Of a DNA stretch of 64,000 nucleotides, positions 10,420 to 23,564 are shown one piece after another. A model generated the notes under the pieces. It was not told where the DNA came from and ran no database searches. It saw only the letters and a program-made list of their open reading frames with translations. The DNA is from Laetmonice hystrix (Eukaryota). The stretch lies in assembly GCA_965235115.1 (NCBI GenBank), contig OZ249440.1:34784001-34848000 (forward strand). The letters run 5' to 3'. The number at the start of each line of letters is the position of its first letter. The stretch's first letter is position 1. Made by a program: the position numbers and the translations under genes.

Positions 10420-13350
10420 TATGCTGTTTCGTCCTCTTTTATTGTTGCTGGCGTGCTCAGCTGATTATCCGTCCGGCAAAGAGGCCCCTCCTCTGGCTGG
10501 CCTTTAGATGTTTGTCTGCACTCCTTGAGGAGTTGCAGACTCCTCATCTGTTGATGGTCCGCCACCTCCGGCCTGTCATTGTGTACTCTGAAAAGACTTA
10601 GGGGTGGTAGTACACTGGGGGATCCGGGGGGGTGGGCCAAGGGGCCTGGCCCCCCTTTAAATTTTCCTTTCCCCAAGATGCATTATTCGGACCCTGAGAC
10701 CAGGATTCCAACACAATTCATTAAAAAGGCCTCTATATTTTATGTGATAGTAACAGCCGGCCCAAAATTTGGGCCTCCTCAGTCATCCAGGAGGATGAGG
10801 AGATGAGGAGTGTAGCAACATGGGCCCCCCTTATCGAAATCCTGGATCCCCCACTGTAGTACATACGTTTTCAGACCATGCATTACAAGACAGTGTAAAT
10901 AGGGATACATGATATGATTACATATAATTGTAAAGCATAATATTCCACAAACACATTGACCTCACCAAATGTTTGTCCAGCTGGATGCTTCTATAGCAGC
11001 AGTAGGGGCACTGCCGCTGACAGCGTTTATTACGGCCATCCCTAAGCTCCATGATACTGGTTTCTGGCCATCTGGTTCTATTGGTTTTACTTATTTCGCT
11101 GCCAACTTTATGTACTTTCCTCAAGTGGATACTAAGCCACCGGACGTCCTTGTCACAGACCGGACAGGTCCGGAGCCGGCGCTATTTGGACATCTTTCTC
11201 TGGAGTAGATTACCATCAAAACACTCACAAATGACAATGAAAAAGAACGGTACAATAAAAGTAAGACAAACTTTGGGTTGTACCTTCTCCTGCAAAGACT
11301 CAGGCCTTCCGGCGCCAGGAGGGGGTTAGGGGTGGCTTTTTCATTGGCCCTGATCCTGGCTCTCCATCGCTTCATAAAAGAATGCCCGGCCTAAGGAATA
11401 GATCACACAAGGCTTAAAATATACAGAGTGAGTGAGTGAGTGATACAAAAAAACTGCCATTTTGAGGAGTGTAGCTCACCTTTGGCTTTTCGCAGGGTGG
11501 CTCAAATGAGCTGTCACTGTCGCCAATGCTTTCTTCTGAGGTCTTGGCCTGTTCCTCGTGCTGCATTGGAAAAACATGTTAACAAAAAACAAACGAGAAA
11601 CAAAAATTGAAGGAAACATAAACATAATAAGCATTACTTAGAGGTATTAGGCAAAAACGTTTCTTACATCAAGGAAAAGGACGTCTTCTGCTTTCAAAGG
11701 CTTTGGAGGTGCCCCCTGGGTGGCATGGCAGCCTGGGGCCGCTGCCTTCTTCTCCTCCTGGCTTTGCCTACCCTTCTGCACCCTGGCCTCTTCAATATCC
11801 TGGGCCTCGTCCTGGGCTGGAATCTCCTGTTAACAAAAAAAAACAAAAGAGAAACAAACATTGGCAAAAACATAAAAATAATTACCATTATTTAGAGATA
11901 TTAGGCAAAAACGTTTCTTACATCAAGGAAAGGGGCGCCCTCTGCTTGAATAGGCTTTGGAGGTGCCCCCAGGTTGCATGGCTGCCTGGGGCTGCCGCGT
12001 TCTTCCGCTTCTGGTTTTTACTACCCTTTGGCCTTCCTCTCCCCCTTGCCTTCGGTTTACCCCTGATTCCCTATAAAGAGAGCAAAGAATACTATCATAA
12101 ACAGTATTTTTCTGTTTAAAAACTACGTTTAAAGCGATCCGAAACCTCCACAAGCAATAGGGCCCATGGATAACCATGGTATAGTGCCTTTTACCTGCCA
12201 CCATCTAATTCCCACAAAGTCTGTGTGTTAAAAGTAATCCCCGATAGAAACTGACAGTTGACCGTTTGCCTCCTGCGTCCATCTTTCCGCAGTCACTGCT
12301 GTGAGACCTTAAAAAAATGGCGTCCCTAGAGCCTACCCCATTCCCTCTCACTGTGTTGGTCAACCATCTTCACCAACACTATGTACAATAACGGTTACTG
12401 GTGAACTCGGACCATGGTGACCTCGGACCATGGTTATCTCGGCCCATGTCGATTACATGACTTCATGTCCCATGCGTGCCTTGTCCCAGGCTCCATGCCT
12501 CACTCCCCCCGACACCCGAGTCAGGTGGTCAAGTCAACGACAACGGGCAGCACTCATGCTCCTGACGGGCGTGCACTGGTGGGGACGGGGCCAGACATGC
12601 CAATTTGGTCGATCGACAACATAATGAAAAATCTCTTACCGGGCGCTTAAACGAACAGAAATTCGTTGCAATACCCTCCAACGCATGAAATAATGGCTGA
12701 AAGCTATTATTTATACGGAGAATAGTCAACTGGAGAATGAAATGTAGGCCTACACTGGTTGGGTCATGGATGGAGTCTGACACTAGTGACAGACTGAGAC
12801 TACGGCAGTCTACGGCCGGGGACATGGCGTGCACTGAAGCGTCAGGCTACTGTTCAGCACACCCAGGCATATCTTCACGAAGGATCAGCACCAAGTCAGT
12901 GGTTTGGTTAGACCTGCTGATCGTTCTCCTAGTACTATGGCACGGATAATCTTACTCGCAGCTCTCAGTCTAGACTCTCTGACTACCTTGTATCCTCACC
13001 CGATCTGACAGCTGGTCGAAACTCGCGGCTCTGGCGACGTCACACTTCCGGGTGACCTGACTGTTTTTGATTGGCTGAATCAATCTCCTATGTGATAATG
13101 TGATGTAAAATGGCGCCGAAGTCAATTCTCGGCTAGAGGTCGGGTACTCGTAGTTTAAGGTTGGCATTCTCGTTTATGTGAAACCTATTGACCTGCATTT
13201 ATTGCTGATGTTATTCTTTATTTTATAAGGCATATGGGAAGGTATAAGGTAGCTGGATTGTTGCATTTAGCTTTAAGGATATATTTTCTTACTTAGGGGA
13301 AAAAGGTAAGAATATTGTAACATCACTGGGTTTGATGTTGCTGAGGGTAT
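10420..13350 (-). mobile_element. Unclassified large repeat with C2H2 zinc-finger exons, copy 1
   Basis: Colinear blocks with 56560-57870 and 59000-59175; exon translations CPVCDKDVRWLSIHLRKVH and CPYCCYRSIQLDKHL followed by a GTGAG donor. Confidence 0.6.
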
Positions 13351-14029
13351 GGTTATGGCCTGAAAGGGCCTGGAATGGGCTGAACAGGGATGTATTGGGA
13401 CAATATTAATATTTGATTTGTTTCTTACTTGGTGGCTCAGTGGCAGAATCACCACAACTGCCTTCTCAGATGTAAGTTTATCGTCTTCAGTAGGTACTGG
13501 TGTCCGCTTTGCCTCTACAACGTCTGCGTACGACAACATTTTCTGCAAAAAAAGATAAGAATATTGTAAAATTCTTGGGTTGGATGTTGTTGAGGCTATG
13601 GTTCTGGGCTGGACGGGGTTGGACGGGGCTGTATTGGTACAAGGCAGGGATGGAACGGTTCTATGGATTGCTGGGTTTAACCTGGATATGCACTGCAGGG
13701 CTAGGATTCGAGGGAACTGGGAGGGGTAGGAAAGGGTGGGGAACCAGGACGGGGACCCAAGACAGGAGGAATTGTCTGGTTATGGGTGAAATACTCAGAA
13801 ATATAGGTCTTACTAGGCAGCCGAAAGTGTCAATTAAGTTTAGGGCAGACCTAGTTGTCTGGGCCATAGTAGGTCAGGGTTAGAATTCTAAATGACCTAT
13901 ATTGCAGCCTAAGTATCAGAAGATGTATCTATTCACAGAAAATGTGGTCTGTGGGGCCTAAACAAGGCTGGTAAAAGATGGGATCGATATATCAAAAAAT
14001 GGCAACGTTAAGATAAAAATTAGTTGGTT

Positions 14030-16339
14030 GTCCCCTAACCTGAACCCTCGGGACTTATGTTGACTGACCTAATTTCCCTAAAAAATCGAAAAACTATTCC
14101 AATTTTGTGATAAAGTATATTTAGAAAGTTGTTGGAAATTAACTTCTACCCTAAATAGAGGTGTCACAATAGGCTCTACTACAAATATTAAAAAATTTCA
14201 AGATGGCTGCCAAAATGGTGAATTTTCAAATTTTCTTGGACAGTTCAAGTCCCATGGCTATATCTTCTATGGATGAATGGATATGCACTGCAGGGCTAGC
14301 ATTCGAGGGAACTGGGAGGGCCAGGAAAGGGAGGGGATGGGCTGGGACGTTAGTTCAAGTCCGATGGCTATATCTTCAATAGTTCTCTACATATTCTACT
14401 TGGAACACTCCGCTTCAAAATTGTTCAGCTAGCCTTCCTTACTTTCAACATTTCTACACGTCCAATTGCTCATGTGAATTGTTTTCGCGTATTTTTCACA
14501 TTTTTATGCAAAATCCCCCATCATGTTGTATTCCTGGTAAGTCCTGAATAAATCACGTCGTAGTTTTCCATATTATTTTGGAAAAAAAACATCTTACATA
14601 CCTGGACAATTCCAAAGTTTTTCTATAGAGTCTGAGTTTGTGAGATGAGCATGTACTTTGAAGGTTGACAGGCAGGAAGTGATGTCATCAAGCAGGAAGT
14701 GCTTAGGTTTTTACTAAATATCTCCCATAATATTGGTCTGAGGTCTTACATTTGTATTAAACATTAATAGGAAATCGTATATGGGCAATAAGTGTGTCCA
14801 GAGTTGACCATGAGATGGTATTTCAAGGGCAAACCTCCATAACTGCCTTAATAAATGGGATAGAGCTGATTTTTTTACATCTAAGTAGTGTAGAATTTAA
14901 TTTCCAACAACTTTCTAAATATCCCTACTTGATCACAAATTTTCAATAGTTTTCGAGTTATTGCCTCCTAAGTTCATATTTCATGAAAATTTTCTAAGTA
15001 CACCAACATGGTTACAAGGGGAATGTTCTAAGTAGAATATCTCGAGAACTATTGAAGGTATAGACCTGGGACTGGAACTGTTATCCGTTTCAGACCCCTG
15101 GCTTTCAGATTCTGCAAAAATTGAAAATTCACCATTTTGGCGGCCATTTTGAACTTTTTTAATATTTGCAATAGGGCCCATAGTAACACCTCTATTTAGT
15201 GTAGAATTCAATTTCCAACAACTTCCTAAATATAATATTTTATCACAAATTATGAACGGTTTTTCAGTTTTCACTAGCATGAGAATTAGTTGGTTAACCC
15301 CCAACCTGAACACTCGGGACTTACGTTGACTGACCTAATATCCCTAAAAAAAACTTGAAAACTATTAGGAATTTGTGATAAAGTGTATTTAGAAAGTTGT
15401 TGGAAATTAAATTCTACACTGAATAGAGGTATTGCAAAAGCCTCTACCATTCGGAAAACCTCGGCCCAACTTCCGGTCGCTTCTCGGTGTTCCGAATGAA
15501 GCCTCTACGTCAAAATCTGAGAAAATCCAAGATGGCGGCCAAAATGGTGAATTTTCAATTTTGGCAGCATCTGAAAGCCAGGGGTCTGAAACGGATTTAT
15601 ATCAAAGTCTGAACGTGCTACCATCAGTAGTTTACGAGATATTCGACTTTAAAATTCATGCTCCACCTGGTGGTAACTTTTTGTACTATTAACCCCAACT
15701 AACCCCAAGTGCCTTAATCTCCCTTAATATTGGTCTGAGGGCTTAGGATTGTATTAGACACTAATAGGAAGTCCTATATGGAGAATCATTTGGTGCACTC
15801 AGATTTTACCCTGACCTATGGGGTGAGGGTAAAATAAGAGTTCAAGTGAACCCAACCTGAATCTGGGACTTATGTTGACCGACTTTTTTAGAATCTCACC
15901 CAGGGGCCAGAAAACGGACTAAAGGTTGAATTTATATATTTTAAAAGGTAAATTACAGTAGAATTCTTGTGATTTAAGCTTCTGCTGCACATAGGGGTGC
16001 CGGTTCTTGAGTAAAAAAGAATTTTTGAAATCAGACCTGGGGCCACCTGGTGGCAAAGTGCCGAAGTATTAACCCCAAGTTTCTTTAATATTGCTCGTAC
16101 AGCTTAGGTTACTATTAGACACATATAGGAAATCAGATATGTAGAATTGATTGGCACTCTAACATTAGAGCCTTTCTTTGATTTGAAGGTCAAACAAGAC
16201 ATTGACAAAATGCTTTCGGGACTTATGTTGACCAAATTCAGGTTAGGGTTGGCCAGTTCTAGAAAAATGGTTAAGCAATGGTTAAAAATCGTAGATTTTT
16301 GTTTAAAATGGAGCCAAAAAATATTATTGTGCATATATT
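14030..16339. repeat. Complex direct/inverted repeat region with recurrent GGGACTTATGTTGAC motif; continues at 23970-24720 beyond the LINE insertion
   Basis: ~130-bp block (TTTGTGATAAAG...GAAAGTTGTTGGAAATT...) forward at ~14105 and ~15372, inverted at ~14890 and ~15190; motif or close variants at ~14050, 15317, 15865, 16218, 24021, 24192, 24666. Confidence 0.7.
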
Positions 16340-16710
16340 GAGGTTACCATGGAGAGAGAGAGAGAGTAGTGGTGGTTTTCCCCCGTGCCGGCATCCGGGG
16401 CCATCTTCACGGCGAAAACAGGGTTAAAAGACCATGAAATGAACGGAACCTATTTTATCCTGGGCCCCAACGGGAATATCATTAAAACACACTCTATCCT
16501 GTCAGCCCAACCGGGCTATCGACGAGCCTGAACTATAAAAGAGTCAGAAGTCCAGCTTCTGACAAAAACTCTAAAATCACTCCTGGTCTGACATTGATAA
16601 AAAGATCCTTAAGACTTGTCTCACTATAAAACCGTTGTCTGATCAGAGTAAAGCATGTTTGGTCAAGTAAAACATGCTTCAGTGTCAAAGGACACTGACA
16701 GCCATGACAC

Positions 16711-17784
16711 ACTTTTACAATATCCCTCCTTGGGACCTAGAAAAGCCTGATGTCATCCTTCAGTTGGCTCAACTGAAGAAGTCGGAGACTCATCCCCTGA
16801 CATATTTTGACCATTTCCTTGACGTCCAGGCAAAGTATCCCTCACATTATGCCTTCTATACTGATGGCTCAAAGGATGGCAATGATGTGGCTGCAGCAGC
16901 AGTTCATGGCAAGCACAACTTCGGGACCCGCATCTCAGGGCAAAGTTCCATCTTCTCAGCAGAGGCCCGGGCCCTGCTTCTTGCCCTTCAAAATATTGAA
17001 GTTTCTAATGAAAAGGACTTCGTAATTTTCTCGGATTCCTTATCCTGTCTGCAAGCACTCGCTAACTTGAACACAGATCACCCAGTGATCGTTCAAATCT
17101 TGTCCAAGTTGGCAGTGCTTGCTAATGCAAACTTTGATATTCACTTTTGCTGGGTGCCTGGACATGTTGGCATCCCCGGCAATGAGCAAGCTGACAGAAC
17201 TGCCAAGAGGGCTCTTGAAACAGACGTCGAACTGTGTCCAATCCCAGCTTCTGATCTCAGACCTACCATCTGGGCTTATGTTAGGAACAAATGGCAGGCT
17301 GAATGGGATGAACAACCAAACAATAAATTGTATCAGATCAGTCCCATCGTAAACCAAAGGTATCATCATGGCCTAACCCAACGGAGGCATGAAATTGTTT
17401 TTACTCGATGCAGAGTTGGTCATTCTAGATTAACCCATGTGTTTTTGTTGAAGGGGGAGCCGCCTCCAGAATGTTATGGCTGTCGGTGTCCTTTGACACT
17501 GAAGCATCTTTTACTCGAATGTGGTGATTTTACTCTGATCAGACAACGGTTTTATAATGAGACGAGTCTTAAGGATCTTTATAGCAATGTCAGACCAGGA
17601 GTGATTTTAGAGTTCTTGTCAGAGGCTGGACTTCTGACTCTTTTATAGATGTGTTTTGGTGGTGTTCCCGTTGGGACCCGGGATAAAATAGGTTCCTTTG
17701 GTTTTATGGTGTTATAACTCTGATTTCGCCGTGAATATGGCCCCGGATGCCGACACGGCGCAAAACCACCACTACTCACTCACT
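16711..17784 (+). mobile_element. 5'-truncated copy of the same I-group LINE (RNase H + 3' UTR) inserted antisense into the full-length copy
   Basis: (CACT)GACAGCCATGACAC duplicated at 16693-16710 and 17785-17802; ORF 16674-17648; (ACTC)n tail. Confidence 0.88.
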
Positions 17785-17992
17785 CACTGACAGCCATGAC
17801 ACTCTGGAGGTGGCTCCCCCTTCAATAAAAACACGTGGGTTAATCTAGAATGACCAATCCTGCATCGAGTATAAACAATTTCATGCCTACGTTGGGTTAG
17901 GCCGTGAAGACACCTTTGGTTCATGACAGGACTGAACTGATACAATTTATTGTTTGGTTGTTCATCCCATTCGGCCTGCCATTTGTTCTTAA

Positions 17993-18519
17993 AGGGAGTC
18001 GTAAAATTCATTTTTTCGATTTATGGTAGTCTTAGAAACATTATGATTCGCATACCTTGGACTCCCAGTAAAATCATGTGAGACTGTTATGGCCCAGCGA
18101 CCAGTATTTAGTAAAGAAAATATGCCAAATCTCTCGCAAATACGTAGCTCAGAATTAGCGAGCGGCCCACAGGATATTTGAGTTGGCCGCGGTCGGGCGA
18201 TGATGATGCGTGATCACGTGACTTCCGGGTGTACATGCAGTATTTAGGTCAATGCTAGACTAGAGGGAGATTCCCTTCCACCCCCGGAAGTGACGTGATC
18301 ACCCGTCATCATCGCCCGACCGCGGCCAACTCAGATATCCTGTGGGCCGCTCGCTAATTCTGAGCTACGTATTTGCGAGAGATTTGGCAAATTTTCCTTG
18401 CTAAATACTGGTCGCTGGGCCATAACAGTCTCACATGATGTTACTGGGAGTCCAAGGTATGCGAATCATATGTTTCTAAGACTGCCATAAATCGAAAAAA
18501 ATGAATTTTACGACTCCCT
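17993..18519. mobile_element. Palindromic TTAA MITE (Kolobok-like), copy 2
   Basis: TTAA at 17989-17992 and 18520-18523; excision restores the host peptide WAYIKNKW. Confidence 0.9.
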
Positions 18520-19546
18520 TTAATGTATGCCCAGATGGTAGGTCTGAGGTCAGAGGCTGGGATTGGACACAGTTCGACATCTGTTTCAAGAGCCCTCTTG
18601 GCAGTTCTGTCAGCTTGCTCATTGCCCGGGATGCCAACATGACCAGGCACCCAGCAAAAGTGAATATCAAAGTTTGCATTGGCAAGCACTGCCAACTTGG
18701 ACAAGATTCGAACGATCACTGGGTGATCTGTGTTCAAGTTAGCAAGTGCTTGCAGACAGGATAAGGAATCCGAGAAAATGAGGAAGTCCTTTTCACTAGA
18801 AACTTCAATATTTTCAAGGGCAAGAAGCAGGGCCCGGGCCTCTGCTGAGAAGATGGAACTTTGCCCTGAGATGCGGGTGCCGAAGTTGTGCTTGCCATGA
18901 ACTGCAGCCGCAGACACATCACTGCCATCCTTTGAGCCATCAGTATAGAAGGCATAATGTGAGGGATACCTTGCCTGGACGTCAAGAAAATGTTCAAAAT
19001 ATGTCAGGGGATGAGTCTCTGACTTCTTCAGTTGAGCCAACTGAAGAATGACGTCAGGCTTTTCCAGGTCCCAAGGGGGAATGTTGCAAAAATGTGTCTG
19101 CCCCAGGACGTTCAGATCAATATCCAGTTCCTCTAGATGAGGTTTCACCCTCAGTCCAAAAGGACGTATGTACGTTTCCTTTCTTTCATATAAATGTTGG
19201 AACTGAGGGTGAAAAACGCAATTGTAAGCTGGATTTGAACTGTTTGTCCCGAGCTTGACTGCATATTGCAGAGCCAGCTTCAGACGCCTGTTGTCGAGTG
19301 ATGGCTCTCGGGCCTCCACATAGAGACTCTGAACAGGGGACGTTCTAAAAGCCCCAAGTGAAAGCCGCAAACCCTGGTGGTGAACCGTGTCCAAAAGCCG
19401 AATGTAAGACTTACAAGCAGGACCATAAACTATGCTACCGTAATCGAGCTTCGACCGGATTAAAGCTCTGTACAGTTGTAAAAGGACTGTACTGTCTGCC
19501 CCCCAGTTTGTGCCAGATAAAACCTTGAGAACATCCAGAACCTTAA

Positions 19547-19873
19547 AGTGCAACTGACATCACATAGGTAACTTTACTGATCTAGATAGATCACTTTGAG
19601 TTGTAGCCGTATCCCTGATAGGTTTTCTGAGAAGTCCTCTCAATTTAGAAAAATATTGAAAATTCGAATCGCGTGCCACATCACAGTCTCACTCCCGCCT
19701 ATTCTTTACCATTGCCCCTGATGACGTCACTAGGGGAATTGGTCTTTAAAACGGCTTACACACAGTTCATATTCTTGTACAATAACTGCTCCCTTAAGTT
19801 AAACAACAACAAATTACATGTATCATCAGGATCTGGCACTAAATTTCATGTAAATTTTGATGTCTGTTGGACT
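19547..19873. mobile_element. Short TTAA non-autonomous element (Kolobok-like)
   Basis: TTAA at 19543-19546 and 19874-19877; imperfect TIR AGT(G/C)CAAC(T/A)GACATCA; excision restores RCLKVLDV. Confidence 0.85.
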
Positions 19874-22144
19874 TTAAGGCATCTGGATTTGAGTGATTTA
19901 ATGTGAGGGATAAAAGACAGCTTGCTGTCAAAAGTGAGTCCCAGAAACTTTGTCTCTTTAACGACCTTGATAGGATCTCCATCCATTGTCAACTCGGGGT
20001 CAAGGTGGAAAGCACGCAGTTTGCAGAAATGCATGCAGACTGTTTTAGATTTTGAAAATTTAAAACCGTTTTCCACGGACCAAGTGTGGATTCTGTTGAG
20101 ACAAAGTTGGAGTTGTCTCTCAATGGCATTCATGTTTTTGCCTCTGCAGCAGACGTCAAAGTCATCGACGAACAGGCTGCAGGGCATGCCAGTTTTAACC
20201 GAGTTAACAATGCTGTTGATCTTAATACTAAAAAGGGTAACGGACAAAATGCTTCCCTGAGGCACACCTAATTCTTGGTCATGCAAGTCAGACAGGGTCG
20301 TGCCTACTCTCACTTGAAAATGTCTGTTGGATAAAAACTGAGATATGAAAAGGGGCAAACGCCCCCTAAAACCTATATCATGTAAATCTTTTAAAATGCC
20401 GTACTTCCATGTTGTGTCATACGCCTTTTCAAGGTCGAAAAAGACGGCAACAACATGTTCGCGGTTGATAAAAGCATCTCGGATGTATGTCTCAAGTCTG
20501 ATCAGATGATCCAGAGTACTTCTCCCTCGCCGGAAGCCACACTGAAAATCAGTGATGAGTTGTTCAGATTCAAGCTTCCAGACCAGGCGATCATTGATCA
20601 TTCTCTCCATGGTTTTGCACAGGCAACTTGTTAGGGCTATTGGTCTGTAATTGTTAGCTTCACTATGGTCTTTTCCTGGTTTTGGGATGGGGATGATTAT
20701 TGCTTCTTGCCAGGAAAGGGGTACATTACTAGATATCCAGATATTGTTGAAAATGTGAAGGAGAATGAGAAGGGTGGTGTCAGGTAGATGTTTTATGAAT
20801 TGGTAATGTATTTTGTCAGGTCCAACTGCAGTGTCGTGTGATTTTTTAAGAGAGCATCTTAGTTCTTCAATGGAAAAGAGTTGGTTATACTCTTCTGTGT
20901 TGTCAGAGTGGAAATTTAGTTTTTGTTTCTCTTTTCGAGCACGAATGGCTTGGAATTGAGGGAGGCAGTTCCTGGAGGAGGAGTTTGTTTCAAAGGTTTT
21001 GGCTAGTTTATTTGCTATTTCATCTGTGGTGGTTAGTAGGGTGTCTTGGTGTTTTAAGTGTTGGACTCCAGAACTACCTCCCTTGCCTTTAAGTTTCCGT
21101 ATCATGTTCCAAACTTTTTTGATAGGAGTACGAGAGGTCAGGCTGGAGACGTAGTCTCTCCAGCTCTGCCTCCGACTCTCTTTGCAAATACGGCGTGCCC
21201 TTGCTCTCATAATTTTAAAATTAGTAAGGTTCACTGCAGTTGGATGCCTGTTGAAAAGGCGTTCTGCTTTCTTCCGGTCTTTAATTGCCTGCTTGCAGTC
21301 TTCATTAAACCATGGATTTGAGACATGTTTGGGAATTGTCGAGGTTTTAGGAACTGTCCTATCTGCAATGGAGATTAAAAGCTAGGTAAAATCATCCATT
21401 GCTTCAGGATCGTTAATGATGTCTGCTGTGAATTCCTCCCGACAGAGGGTCTGGAAGGAGTGCCAGTCGGCTTTCTTAAGTTGCCACCGTTGTTGCTTTC
21501 CCCCTATGTTGGGTCCTTCATATGAAAGGATGGTGGGAAAGTGGTCACTCCCGCAAAGGTCATCCCAGACCCTCCAGGAGAAATCCAGCAGCAGATCTGG
21601 TTCAGCTATTGCAAGGTCAATGGCTGTATAAGTGCCATGACCGGGATGTAAGTATGTGTTTGAACCATCATTAAAAATGCATAGAGCATGATTATCAATG
21701 AACTCTTCAATCTTCTTGCCCATAAGGGATTGTGGCAATTAAAATCTCCCAAAAGGAGATACGGAGTTGGCAGTTGACCCACTAAATCATTAAGATCCTG
21801 GTGGGCCAAGTTACTGTTTGGGGGGATGTATATGGAGCAGATAGTGATGGCTTTATGTAGAGTTAGGCGTATGGCTATTGCTTGTAATGGTGTGTCTATT
21901 GTAACTGGGCTATGGATGAGGTCTTGTCGGACCAGAATGGCAGTGCCGCCAGCAGCACGGTCACCATCTGGTGCAAAACCAAGGAAAGTCTGATAGCCCT
22001 TAAATGAGACTTTGTCTCGGGCAGTAAGAAATGTTTCTTGTAGACAAAGGGCAAGAGGATCAAGGTTTTCTGCTAAAAGTCTGAGCTCATTAAAATTGGC
22101 TCTAAAACCTCGACAATTCCATTGAAGGAAGCATTTGCCTGCCA

Positions 22145-23564
22145 TCAAGGTGGTTTAACAGGCAAACGCCCCCAAGATTTTATTTTGGGGGAAAGGCTGC
22201 GACTACGACCAGTCGTAGCATCAGCCATTTCAACATCTTGAAGATGCTGAAATTTGTTTGTAAGTGCTATTGCACTATTGTTGGAGGCTGCCTTGGGCAG
22301 CCGATCTGTGATTATTTTCTTCTTTGGTCGATCTTTTTTTGTAGATGGCTCTTTAGTATTCGTTTGATCTTTTTTCCGGAGATGGTTCTTTTGTACTCGG
22401 CCCGGCCTGTGGAGGAGGAACCGAGGTTGTCTGGCTTTGTGTTGAGGCGGCTTTTTTAGGTGGCTGACTCGAGACGGCTTTTTTAGGTGGTTCATTTGTG
22501 CTGTCAGCGGGATCAGGGTAGGTCACAGGTTTATCCCCCTTGACCCACACCATCTCCGTTTGACAAGCGAAAGTCCGTGTGGTAGGCTTAACAGCGGCAG
22601 CATAGGTTTTAACTGTTGGTGGAAGCAGATATTGCTCCACCAATTTGCGTGCCTCAGGGAAACTAAGTTTTCTTTCCGTTTTAACCTTTAGGATTTCTTT
22701 CTCCTTCTTCCACACAGAACATTCGCGTGAAACAGTGGAATGACCTTGCCCGCAGTTGGCGCATTTGGCGGGTTTTTCACAGTTAGTATGGTCATGGCCT
22801 GTTTCAGCGCACTGAGAACATTTTTGTTCATTTCTACATGAGTCGGTCCCATGCCCAAATCTCTGGCACTTAAAGCAACGCAGAGGATTTGGGATGTAGG
22901 GATCAACTTTTACCTGCTTTAGAAAGCCAATCTCGAGTTCATCTGGTAGAGTGGGCCTGTCGAATGTCAGAAAATATGTGTGTGTCTTGATGGTGTTACC
23001 ATCTCGTTTCACTATCAATCTTCTGACTTCCGACACACCTTGCCAGCTCAACCCAGCAAGGATCTCCTGTTCAGTTGTCGTGTCAAGAGAGTTGGTTCGA
23101 ATAACACCCTTGCTGGAGTTGAGCGTCCGGTGACGAGAGGCCTTAATACTGTAACCTGCGAGTACTGTGGCACTCAGCAGGTTTGCAGATTGGGCCTTCG
23201 TGGCACACTCTACCAACAGTTGGCCAGACCTCAAACGTTTACAATCTTTGACTGTTCCAGCTATCCCCAATATGCCTTTATGGATGGCAAAAGGGGATAG
23301 CTTAGATATTGGTCGTTCAGGTTCCGCCGATTCAACAATGATGAAACGAGGCCATTCAGTTGAAGGTTCATTCTCCATAGACCGGTCCGAGTCAGAGTCC
23401 ATTAGTTTCAGTAGTTTTCTTTTGGGGGGATTGTTTGATGCCATGGTTGTGTTAGATTGTTTCACCAACCCTATTCCCCACCCTCCACGGAGCCCAACAA
23501 GGGGAAGTGCAGAGCTGCGGTAACCAGCAGTTGCACACCAAGGATATAGGGTTGGTATACTCAA
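22145..23564 (-). pseudogene. I-group LINE ORF1 (gag-like, three CCHC zinc knuckles), frameshift near the C-terminus
   Basis: CFKCQRFGHGTDSC, CSQCAETGHDHTNC, CANCGQGHSTVSREC; SPFAIHKGI and KRLRSGQLLVE. The tail continues in ORF 22145-22495. Confidence 0.9.

Larger units (their letters stand above)
16535..22145 (-). pseudogene. I-group LINE ORF2 (APE, RT, RNase H, C-terminal CCHC), disrupted
   Basis: QWNCRG, LQET, GDFN, GSDHFP, FFDLEKAYD, GVPQGS, FVDD, YTDGSK, WVPGHVGIPGNE. Broken by a small deletion (~21722), a stop (21382), two TTAA elements and a self-insertion. Confidence 0.93.

Noticed and set aside
16650..16680. Small hairpin AAGCATGTTT...AAACATGCTT in LINE ORF2
   Set aside because: Present in one copy only; a local mutation rather than a functional element.
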